From Vibrio alginolyticus NBRC 15630 = ATCC 17749 (GTDB lineage: Bacteria; Pseudomonadota; Gammaproteobacteria; Enterobacterales; Vibrionaceae), in the NCBI RefSeq assembly GCF_000354175.2, contig NC_022349.1, forward strand, positions 2,580,001 to 2,612,000: a stretch of 32,000 nt of DNA, in the 5' to 3' direction. Below, piece by piece: positions 24,479 to 32,000 of this stretch. The translations under genes were made by a program, and so were the position numbers. The stretch's first letter is position 1; each line of letters starts with the position of its first letter. The notes under the pieces are model-generated. The model was not told where the DNA came from and made no database searches. It was given only the letters and a program-made list of their open reading frames with translations.

Positions 24479-25561
24479 GTGGCAATATACTTCTTTCCAT
24501 TCTTTCTGATTATGTTTTTTTCTATTATTTCTGTTAATAGAAGTCAGAGTGTAATCAATTTATCGCCAGCACTTTATATATTACTTGTGCTTTTTGTTGG
24601 CATTAGATATGCCTCAGTTGATTACTTTAACTACGAAGAAATTTACTATTATGTCGACAATGTTTCAGAGATGGGATTTCCAAACTATATCCCATCTTCT
24701 GGAGAAAAACCGACGGAAAGCCTTTATGCATTCTTAACACTATTTATTAAGTCATTTGGTGGTAGTTTCGAACTATTTGTTTTTTTTATTGCTTCTATAT
24801 CTATAGGGATAAAGCTCTATGCATTTAAAAAAATGTCGAACTTCTTTTACTTATCAGTACTTTTATACATAGCTATCTGGATGCGGGCAGACTTAGGGCA
24901 AATACGGAATGGTTTGTCTTCTGCGATTACTTTAATGGCCGTCTACTATTTATACCATAGCAGGAAGTTGATTTTTACTCTCGCCGCGACATCATCTTTA
25001 CTGGTACATATTGCTGCAGTGTTATCTTTTTTATTGATTTTTATGAAAAAGCTCGCGCGTCCGTGGATGCTGTCTTCAGTGCTCGCAGCATCCTTTGTTA
25101 TGGCTGCTGCTGGTGGGTTCGGGATGACAATTGTTCTCTATATTGCTGAGTTTATGGGGCTGGGTAATGAATTTAGACTCGTCAGATACATGGATTCAAA
25201 GTTTGCTGAGTCATATTCTATATTTGGCGGTACCGTTTTAGTTCATTTATTAATTTCTGTATTAATCCTCTTGTTTTACAAGAGATTGGTTAAGGTAAAC
25301 AAATATAATTCTATTCTAATACCCATGTATGTTTATGGATTTTCGATGATGCTGTTTTTTATCGATTATGGGATTATGTTTGCTCGTATAAAAGATCTTT
25401 TCTGTACACCAGCTTCCATCATAATATTGCCTTCTATTGTGTTGATTTTTCATAGAAGGTCTAGGCCGCTTATATATTTATCTTTAATAGCATTTTCTGC
25501 ACTAATGTTTGTCACTACAGTTCAAAACGCAGAACCATATCAAACAATAATATTTAATTAG
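24479..25561 (+). CDS. wzy: Wzy-type repeat-unit polymerase candidate (EpsG-like polytopic membrane protein)
   Basis: 360 aa, very hydrophobic with about 10 TM stretches, AT-rich and poorly conserved-looking. It is the only remaining polytopic membrane protein in a locus that already has wzx and wzz, so the assignment is by elimination. The start is GTG. Confidence 0.6.
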   Translation: MAIYFFPFFLIMFFSIISVNRSQSVINLSPALYILLVLFVGIRYASVDYFNYEEIYYYVDNVSEMGFPNYIPSSGEKPTESLYAFLTLFIKSFGGSFELFVFFIASISIGIKLYAFKKMSNFFYLSVLLYIAIWMRADLGQIRNGLSSAITLMAVYYLYHSRKLIFTLAATSSLLVHIAAVLSFLLIFMKKLARPWMLSSVLAASFVMAAAGGFGMTIVLYIAEFMGLGNEFRLVRYMDSKFAESYSIFGGTVLVHLLISVLILLFYKRLVKVNKYNSILIPMYVYGFSMMLFFIDYGIMFARIKDLFCTPASIIILPSIVLIFHRRSRPLIYLSLIAFSALMFVTTVQNAEPYQTIIFN

Positions 25562-25569
25562 GTACAAAC

Positions 25570-26658
25570 ATGAGAATCCTCTTTGTTGTCAGTACATTGA
25601 AACACTCTGGCCCAACAAATCAATTGCTTAATATCATAAACAACCTTGATAGAAACATTTTTGAACCACACTTGATCACATTGTCTCCGGAGCCTCAACA
25701 TAATAGCCGCTGGAAAGACTACGAAAGTGCAGGGGTCAATCTGTATTCTTTGAATCTATCTAGAATTAAAGGCATGTTTCTAGCTAGCTCAACACTGAAG
25801 AGTTTAATCAAAGAGATCCAACCAGACTTAATCCATACTCAGGGCATCCGAGCTGACAGTCTTGCCTCTTCAATTGCAGGTAGCATTCCATGGGTTATGA
25901 CATCGAGAAACTTTCCACCTGAGGACTATATTAGTAAGTTTGGTCGAATTAAAGGAGCGTTGATGGTTAAGCAGCACTTTTCTGCTATGAAAAAGTGTCA
26001 CAACTTAGTGTCATGCTCTAAAACGATCCAAGCACAGCTAAAGAGTGTTGGCATCGAGAGTGATGCGATTCAGAATGGTGTAAAAGACTTTGTAGAAAGC
26101 TCACAGGCTCCTTCGGTTTTGCAAGAATACGAGAAACCGGTTTACATTTCTGTGGGAAGTTTAATTCCAAGAAAAAACATGGAGTTATTGATAGATGCGT
26201 TTAATAGGCTACCCAATAAAAGTGCAGGTAGTTTGATTATTCTTGGCGATGGCCCTCTTAAAAATGACCTTCAGGTCAAAGCTGGGCCCAACGTGGGTCT
26301 TTTGGGCAATGTATCCAATGTAAATGAATATCTTGCTGCTTCGGATTATTTTGTATCTACTTCATTATCTGAAGGCTTACCAAATACAGTCTTAGAAGCT
26401 CTATCCGCAGGTTTGCCTGTAATATTATCAGACATTGACTCCCACCAAGAGATAGCACAAGAATCTAAACAAGCGTGTCAATTATTTTCTTTAGATTCCG
26501 GTACGCTTCATCTTAAACAAAAGTTGTCTCAAGCACCGATCGACTTTGATGAAAACTCAAAAAAAGAGGCGAGACGACTCGCAACAGAAGTGTTTTCTGC
26601 GAAGCAAATGTCTGAAAAGTATCAAGAACTATATCGTAAAATTTTGGAGGCACAGTGA
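25570..26658 (+). CDS. Family 4 (GT-B, group 1) glycosyltransferase
   Basis: 362 aa. It has MRILFVVSTLKHSGPTNQ and a C-terminal FVSTSLSEGLPNTVLEALSAGLPVILSDIDSHQEI region typical of GT4. Confidence 0.85.
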   Translation: MRILFVVSTLKHSGPTNQLLNIINNLDRNIFEPHLITLSPEPQHNSRWKDYESAGVNLYSLNLSRIKGMFLASSTLKSLIKEIQPDLIHTQGIRADSLASSIAGSIPWVMTSRNFPPEDYISKFGRIKGALMVKQHFSAMKKCHNLVSCSKTIQAQLKSVGIESDAIQNGVKDFVESSQAPSVLQEYEKPVYISVGSLIPRKNMELLIDAFNRLPNKSAGSLIILGDGPLKNDLQVKAGPNVGLLGNVSNVNEYLAASDYFVSTSLSEGLPNTVLEALSAGLPVILSDIDSHQEIAQESKQACQLFSLDSGTLHLKQKLSQAPIDFDENSKKEARRLATEVFSAKQMSEKYQELYRKILEAQ

Positions 26659-27917
26659 GTAGTTATAGCGGGTTGGAACGTAATATTGCCAGAGTACTGA
26701 GGCGCTTTCCTGCGATCAAAGAGTTTGCAAAGTTCTGTTACTCTAGATTAATGTATGTTCGAGCTAAAAAGTCTTACAAGTTCAAATCTGAAGTGAGCCC
26801 TATCGCTTATTCCAACCAATCAAGGGAAAGCTTTTTTGGCTACTACGATAAGTCCCCGGAAAACAGCCTAGGAATGGTAATTACCCAATTATCTAGTCGC
26901 TCAACTAGTCTTTTACCTTCAATAGAAAAAAGTGTAGAAGTTGCTGTATTTGATAATAATCAAGAAATGTTATTAAGCTTGTCTGTCAATGCCTACAACT
27001 GGCAGCAAGGTTGCAGAGCGCATTGGCTAAATGAAGATCTTTTCATTTTCAACGACTACGATAGCGAAAGAAACATTTACATTGCGAAAATCTATTCAGT
27101 AAGTGAAAGAAAGCAAATTAAAGAGTTTAGCCATGCGGTGCAGGATTCTTTCAAAGACGAGTATTTTATTTCGCTAAACTATAAACGTCTGATGACTTTA
27201 AGGCCGGACTATGGTTACCGAAATACCTCACTACTAAAAGACAAAGAATTGCGTGATAATACCCAAGATGGATTATGGTTTGTAGATATTAAAACTGGTA
27301 ATACGAAACTATTATTTTCTCTAGATGATGCTTGTAAAATAAATCCCACTCCAGACTTTCAGAGTGCGGTGCATAAATTTAATCACGTGATGATCTCACC
27401 ATCAGGTGAACACTTTATATTTATGCATCGATATTTACTAGGTAAGCGTCGTTTCGATCGCTTGCTCAAGTTTGATATTACAACAGGAAATGTCACCTTG
27501 TTGAGTGACTTTGGTATGGTAAGCCACTGTTTTTGGGTTAACGAGTCAACGGTGCTTGGTTTTATGCGGGGTCCTAATGGAGTTGATGGTTATTGGCTTA
27601 TTGATGTGGCTTCTGGCAACTTTACTCCATTCCAGCATGAGAAACTTTCAGGTTATGGGGATGGGCATCCTCATGTAGTCGGAGATTGGTTTGTGACTGA
27701 TACATATCCAGACAAAGCTAGAATGCAGCATCTTCTTCTCTGTAACCTTGTCACTGGTGAAGTTAAACCAATTGGTGAGTTTTTCCATGGATTTGAGTTT
27801 TCAGGAGAAACAAGGTGCGACCTCCATCCTCGATTATCATCATGCGGGACGGCCGTTTTCTTTGATTCGGTATTTAGCGGTAAGCGTCAACTTTACAGAA
27901 TGGATCTACCTAAATGA
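26655..27917 (+). CDS. Uncharacterised cytoplasmic protein, predicted beta-propeller-like (TolB / oligogalacturonate-lyase-like blade motifs)
   Basis: 420 aa with a GTG start, a GGAGG RBS and a GTGA overlap with the upstream GT4. It also has an ATGA overlap with the downstream GT2. There is no signal peptide or TM. Repeated strand-turn motifs (FFGYYDKSPEN, ISPSGEHFIFMHR, CDLHPRLSSCGTAVFFDSVFSGKRQLYRMDL) resemble propeller blades. I recognise no specific family. Confidence 0.4.
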   Translation: MSSYSGLERNIARVLRRFPAIKEFAKFCYSRLMYVRAKKSYKFKSEVSPIAYSNQSRESFFGYYDKSPENSLGMVITQLSSRSTSLLPSIEKSVEVAVFDNNQEMLLSLSVNAYNWQQGCRAHWLNEDLFIFNDYDSERNIYIAKIYSVSERKQIKEFSHAVQDSFKDEYFISLNYKRLMTLRPDYGYRNTSLLKDKELRDNTQDGLWFVDIKTGNTKLLFSLDDACKINPTPDFQSAVHKFNHVMISPSGEHFIFMHRYLLGKRRFDRLLKFDITTGNVTLLSDFGMVSHCFWVNESTVLGFMRGPNGVDGYWLIDVASGNFTPFQHEKLSGYGDGHPHVVGDWFVTDTYPDKARMQHLLLCNLVTGEVKPIGEFFHGFEFSGETRCDLHPRLSSCGTAVFFDSVFSGKRQLYRMDLPK

Positions 27918-28723
27918 AATTTAGTGTTTTGCTCTCTGTCTATACCCAAGAGAGTCCCTCATACTTAAAAGAAGCAATGGAAAGTATTTGGGAGCGGCAG
28001 ACCTTAAAGCCAGATCAGATAGTTTTAGTGAAAGATGGGCCTCTATGTTCTGAGTTAGAAGATGAAATTGTATCGTGGAAGGTCAAGCTTGGTGATGTTC
28101 TAACACTTGTTGAGTTGCCACAGAACATTGGGTTAGGGGGTGCATTAAATGCGGGCTTGAAAGCTTGTCGAAACGAATTAGTTGCGAGAATGGACACCGA
28201 TGATATCGCATTGCCGCAACGTTTCGAAAAGCAAGTTGAATTTATGCTTCGAAATCCGAGTATTGCTGCCTCTAGCGCAACGATTGAGGAGTGGGATGAG
28301 AGTTTTAGCTTTCGTATTTCTGAACGCAAGTTACCAGTTAGTTCAGCAGAGTTACGCAAGTTCGCTATTCGTCGTAGCCCTCTTAGCCATCCAGTTTCTA
28401 TTTTCCGAAAGTCGATTATAGAATCCGTAGGTGGGTATCCAGACTTACGGAAAGCTCAGGATTATGCTTTGTGGAGTCTTTTATTGAGTAAAGGATATCA
28501 GCTAACTAATTTACCTGACACATTGTTGAAAATGCGCTCGGGCAAAGAGATGCTTACTCGCAGAGGGTATTTTTACTTCAAGCAAGAGTGTAGGTTAATG
28601 CGCTATCAAAAAAGAATAGGTTTCTTATCAACGAAAAACTTGATAGTAAACACTTCATTAAAAGCGGTGCTGAGGCTTTCTCCAAGGTTTACTAAAAAGA
28701 TTATCTATAGATTTGCAAGATAA
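27914..28723 (+). CDS. Family 2 glycosyltransferase
   Basis: 269 aa. MKFSVLLSVYTQESPSYLKEAMESIWERQTLKPDQIVLVKDGPL and ARMDTDDIALPQRF (DXD) are typical of GT2 enzymes of the AmsE/WcaA type. It is the last gene of the + operon. Confidence 0.85.
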   Translation: MKFSVLLSVYTQESPSYLKEAMESIWERQTLKPDQIVLVKDGPLCSELEDEIVSWKVKLGDVLTLVELPQNIGLGGALNAGLKACRNELVARMDTDDIALPQRFEKQVEFMLRNPSIAASSATIEEWDESFSFRISERKLPVSSAELRKFAIRRSPLSHPVSIFRKSIIESVGGYPDLRKAQDYALWSLLLSKGYQLTNLPDTLLKMRSGKEMLTRRGYFYFKQECRLMRYQKRIGFLSTKNLIVNTSLKAVLRLSPRFTKKIIYRFAR

Positions 28724-28765
28724 TTGTTAGCATACTTTTTAAGATATAACTAACTAAAGTAAATA

Positions 28766-28802
28766 CAAAAAGAGCAGCGACCGTAAGGCGCTGCTCTTTT
28801 TT
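28766..28802. terminator. Bidirectional rho-independent terminator between convergent operons
   Basis: AGAGCAGCG (28771-28779) pairs with CGCTGCTCT (28789-28797) around a 9-nt loop. It is flanked by CAAAA upstream and TTTTTT downstream, so it can terminate transcripts from either strand. Confidence 0.85.
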
Positions 28803-28838
28803 CATATCTATGATCCGTTCGATTAAATTCGCCGTGTT

Positions 28839-29846
28839 TTAGCGACCCATCCCAAATAACACCGTTTTGACTGTAAGGAAAAGAATCTTCACTTCCATCA
28901 TCCAGTTTTGGTGTTTGATGTAATAGACATCGTATTTATGCTTCCAAATAGCATCTTCTACCGATGCGCCGTAAGGGTATTTTACTTGAGCTAGGCCAGT
29001 GACCCCAGGTTTAACGGCGTGACGAAAGCGATAGTAAGGAATGGCTTTTTCTAACTCAGAGATGAACACTTCACGTTCTGGGCGAGGGCCAACCATCGAC
29101 ATCTCTCCCTTTAGTACGTTGATTAACTGAGGGAGCTCATCAATGCGAGTTTTACGAATAAAACAGCCGACTTTCGTTACGCGAGCGTCATTTTTTGTTG
29201 CCCATTGGGCTCCGTTCTTTTCTGCATCGTTTCGCATCGAGCGAAACTTAATCACTTCAAACTCTTCATTATACTGGCCGGTACGACGCTGTTTAAAGAA
29301 TACCGGACCTGGCGATTCAAGCTTGATGAGTAGTGCCGTAATAAGCCCTACTGGAATAGCAACCCATGACAGCATGAAAACAAACAACAGATCGATGAAG
29401 CGTTTTTGCCAGCTGTTCTTACGATTAGAAAGGATAGAAAAAGCTTTTTGGTGTAAGAAGTAGCCGCTGTGCAAAAGCTCAGTTTCAGTATATCCGAGTG
29501 AACGGTCAAAATAGCTCACTAATGGCTCAACCCAAGCACCTAGCTCTGTCGCCGCGACAAGAAACGCTTGCTGTTCAGGATCTAGATGCGAGCTTTTGAA
29601 GTGGCAAAGCGTTTTGCTCTTGAAGTCTCTAAGAGAATAGTTATTAACCTGAGCGTTAATCTCAGGATGCCTCTTAAGTACTTGAGCAATTTTTGCTTCG
29701 TCTTCTTTTGGACAGTAGATATAAAGGCAAGCATTTGATTCACTTGCGGATAACTCGTCCAATGCTGATGTTATGCTGATAGAATTATGCTTAGTTAATT
29801 CAGAAGCTTCTCGTTCTTGAAGCGTGTCGCTCATACTGTCTGTCAT
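28839..29846 (-). CDS. Initiating polyprenyl-phosphate sugar-phosphate transferase (bacterial sugar transferase family, monotopic PGT) with an extra ~150-aa N-terminal domain
   Basis: 335 aa. The C-terminal ~185 aa (FIDLLFVFMLSWVAIPVGLITALLIKLESPGPVFFKQRRTG...KFRSM...DELPQLINVLKGEMSMVGPRPE...PGVTGLAQV) is the canonical WbaP/PglC-type catalytic domain. The N-terminal 150 aa are soluble and unassigned. Confidence 0.85.
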   Translation of the reverse strand: MTDSMSDTLQEREASELTKHNSISITSALDELSASESNACLYIYCPKEDEAKIAQVLKRHPEINAQVNNYSLRDFKSKTLCHFKSSHLDPEQQAFLVAATELGAWVEPLVSYFDRSLGYTETELLHSGYFLHQKAFSILSNRKNSWQKRFIDLLFVFMLSWVAIPVGLITALLIKLESPGPVFFKQRRTGQYNEEFEVIKFRSMRNDAEKNGAQWATKNDARVTKVGCFIRKTRIDELPQLINVLKGEMSMVGPRPEREVFISELEKAIPYYRFRHAVKPGVTGLAQVKYPYGASVEDAIWKHKYDVYYIKHQNWMMEVKILFLTVKTVLFGMGR

Positions 29847-30085
29847 AGGAATGGAATAAGTTGTTATCGACTAGCCAATTGCTTACAAGTCGGCGATTAT
29901 AATTTATTTCGTATAGAAATTATATCCCTGAATCCAGAACATGCTCATAACTTTGTTAATTTTCTTGAACCTGAGTCCTTGTTCATGACTTGTTTTTGAA
30001 TCTTAACGTAATTATATCAATGAACTCGAAAAACTATGTTTGCGATATATTATATTGTCTCGAAATTAAATGATTGTTCATTTCA

Positions 30086-31402
30086 CTATATAACGCAGTT
30101 ATATCCGAGGGTTATCAGTTGTTGATAAAGCGATCTTTTCGACGCTTGTTCACCATGAATAAGGTGAACTTCTTTCGGAGGAGTAGGAATACCAGAAACA
30201 AACTGTATTAAATCTTCCCTATCCGCATGTGCAGAGTAACCTGACATGGTATGTACTTGAGCCTCCACTCTAACGCGCCTTCCTTCAATCAATATGTTCT
30301 CTTCTCCATCCTGAATTCGCCGACCTAGCGTCCCTTCTGCTTGATAGCCTGCAAATAACACATCATTTCTTTTATCTGGCAGCAATGCTTCTAAATAATT
30401 GACGACACGTCCACCTTCACACATACCAGAGGCCGCAACTACGATAGCAGCTTCTGCCGTGCTCGCGAGTCGATTGACGAGCTTTAAATGGTCAGTGTGG
30501 CTTTCGACGGTAATACATTGATCAAACGCAAGAGGGTGTCGGTGATGCTCGAGCCGCTCTTTCGCTTCAGCTCCCCAAAGCTTTTTAAATTGCCTATAGG
30601 TAGTAGTTACCTTTTTAGCCAAAGGAGAATCGAGAATAATAGGCAGAGAATCTTGCAAGGCGTGCTCATGAATAAGCTTTTCTATATCAAACAGTAACTC
30701 TTGAGTTCTCCCGACGCTAAAAGCAGGTATAACAATTACGCCACCATCCTGAAGTGCGTGCTCAATAATAGAAAGCAATCGCCTACTGCGAGACTCAACA
30801 TCTTCGTGAACTTTATTGCCGTATGTTGACTCGATAAACAAATAGTCAGCTTTTTCAGGCGATACCGGGTCAGGTAGGAGAGGCGTGTTGCGAGGTCCCA
30901 AATCCCCTGAGAACACAACAACTTCATTGTTTGATAAATGAAACTCAACATATGCAGACCCTAAAATGTGTCCTGCTGGTTGAAAGCGAAGATAGGTATG
31001 TTCTTCTATCTCTATCCATTGGGAGTAAGAGCAAGGGCGAATAAGCGTTCGAATAAAATCGAGCAAGCTTTCCCTTTGATGGCGCCTCATGCCTAATTGG
31101 AGCTTTAATCCATCTTCTAACATAAGCGGTACGAGCTCAGCGGTGGCTTTCGTACAGTAGATAGGTCCCTTATAACCTGCAGCCAATAGCCAAGGTAGCC
31201 GACCAACATGATCGATATGAGAATGGGTTAGAGCAACCGCTTTGAGATCAGAGATAGAAAAGTCGATATTCAAACTCTCCTGCTGAGCATTATCTTGACC
31301 TTGTAGCAAACCACAGTCGATCAGCACACTTCCATTTTGTAATACGAGCTCGTGACAAGAGCCTGTAACCGTATTTTTCCCACCGTGGTGCAGTACTTTC
31401 AT
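30086..31402 (-). CDS. rjg: Metallo-beta-lactamase / beta-CASP family hydrolase (putative RNA-processing nuclease); right junction gene of Vibrio O/K-antigen loci
   Basis: 438 aa. It has the HxHxDH motif (LTHSHIDHVG), GHILGSA, beta-CASP-type motifs (FIESTYG, PAFSVGRTQE) and a C-terminal MSGYSAHADREDL...HLIHGE. Its position opposite hldD across the polysaccharide cluster matches rjg. Confidence 0.8.
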   Translation of the reverse strand: MKVLHHGGKNTVTGSCHELVLQNGSVLIDCGLLQGQDNAQQESLNIDFSISDLKAVALTHSHIDHVGRLPWLLAAGYKGPIYCTKATAELVPLMLEDGLKLQLGMRRHQRESLLDFIRTLIRPCSYSQWIEIEEHTYLRFQPAGHILGSAYVEFHLSNNEVVVFSGDLGPRNTPLLPDPVSPEKADYLFIESTYGNKVHEDVESRSRRLLSIIEHALQDGGVIVIPAFSVGRTQELLFDIEKLIHEHALQDSLPIILDSPLAKKVTTTYRQFKKLWGAEAKERLEHHRHPLAFDQCITVESHTDHLKLVNRLASTAEAAIVVAASGMCEGGRVVNYLEALLPDKRNDVLFAGYQAEGTLGRRIQDGEENILIEGRRVRVEAQVHTMSGYSAHADREDLIQFVSGIPTPPKEVHLIHGEQASKRSLYQQLITLGYNCVI

Positions 31403-31927
31403 AACGAAACGACGCCTTTTCCTTTGTTAACCCACGCTTACGAGTATTTGCTTTTATATAGCGACACCTCGCGACGTAAAGACGGCTCAGTCAATCGCGC
31501 AATGAACAAGGTAAGCAGAAAGTGGTGAATAAGTGAGCGCATTGTAGGCAAGGATAATGAGAGTAAGAAAACAGCAAAACCGAAAGTTTAGAGAGACTTA
31601 GATATTCGTCATAAATTTGACTGTGTAGTATTGCAACCTGTTGTGATGCAATTCATATTATTGCAACTATTTTCACTTAGGCTTCTGAGATTAACGCGCT
31701 AGCTATACAAACATCAGCTATGCCGGAAGGAGTTTAATAATTAGTAAGTCAACAAAAAAGCGTCACGTTTATGGCGAGTTAAGTGTCAGAAAAAAGACAT
31801 TTTTTTGCAAGCTTTTTGCACGTTCTACTTTTAGTTGCAACGTGTTTACTATACAATTCGTCTCCTGTTTGGAAACGCAACCATTAAACACTACGTATAA
31901 AACTTGCTTCTAGGAGCCAGACCTAGG

Positions 31928-31939
31928 GGCGGTAGCGTG
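31928..31939 (+). promoter_or_regulatory. Second ops element (GGCGGTAGCGTG) in a JUMPstart-like context
   Basis: GCCAGACCTAGGGGCGGTAGCGTGCC. The 14-nt GGCGGTAGCGTGCC is identical to the first copy at 14805-14818. It is on the + strand in a non-coding leader, 60 bp from the window end. Confidence 0.85.
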
Positions 31940-32000
31940 CCTAAATCATCTGTTAGTCTCTTTCCTAACAGAAGAGAGACCAAGCAAGATAATTATTTAA

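Noticed and set aside
29817-29999. 60-aa + strand ORF in the PGT-rjg spacer.
   Set aside because: It starts inside the PGT coding region on the opposite strand, has no RBS, and runs through AT-rich promoter-like DNA. It is most likely spurious.
1-32000. Search by eye for mobile elements, phage/defence genes, toxin-antitoxin pairs, CRISPR repeats and tRNA/rRNA genes.
   Set aside because: No transposase, integrase, nuclease-ATPase defence-type ORFs, regularly spaced repeats or tRNA-like cloverleaf sequences were seen. Every ORF of 150 aa or more is explained by envelope-glycan functions. The only substantial non-coding stretches are regulatory leaders (14547-14903, 29847-30085, 31403-32000).

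Overview
This window reads as a Vibrionaceae-type chromosomal surface-polysaccharide region. The taxonomic call is an inference from protein sequences and from the gene order gmhD/hldD ... rjg, known from V. cholerae O139 and V. parahaemolyticus K-antigen loci. Almost the whole window is coding, and I saw no rRNA, tRNA, CRISPR array, transposase or integrase. It falls into five parts. (1) 1-5241: accessory LPS genes. A + strand operon (partial DegT aminotransferase, GT2, a GNGPSL-motif sialyltransferase/DUF115-like protein) converges on a - strand cassette (DRE-TIM/HMGL-like pyruvate aldolase fusion, HAD phosphatase, CMP-ulosonate-type cytidylyltransferase). (2) 5345-10438, - strand: conserved lipid A/core genes waaA, waaF, a GT25 glycosyltransferase, lpxM/msbB-like and hldD. 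(3) 10586-14498, - strand: a yjbEFGH/gfcABCD-like operon with an internal terminator after the small Ser/Thr-tailed first gene. (4) 14780-28723, + strand: a JUMPstart/ops element, then a roughly 14 kb Wzx/Wzy-type operon. Its genes are a small beta-barrel OMP, a 900-aa Wza-like exporter, wzz, wzx, an ATP-grasp ligase, a glutaminase-less AsnB-like amidotransferase, GT4, wzy, GT4, an uncharacterised beta-propeller-like protein and GT2. A bidirectional terminator closes it. (5) 28839-31402, - strand: the initiating phosphoglycosyl transferase and the MBL/beta-CASP junction gene rjg. A second ops element at the window edge then signals another polysaccharide operon downstream. The best candidates for undescribed biology are the aldolase-based CMP-ulosonic-acid-like cassette, the tandem ATP-grasp plus truncated AsnB pair, and the propeller-like ORF embedded among the glycosyltransferases. 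All functional calls come from reading the translations by eye. No database search was run.
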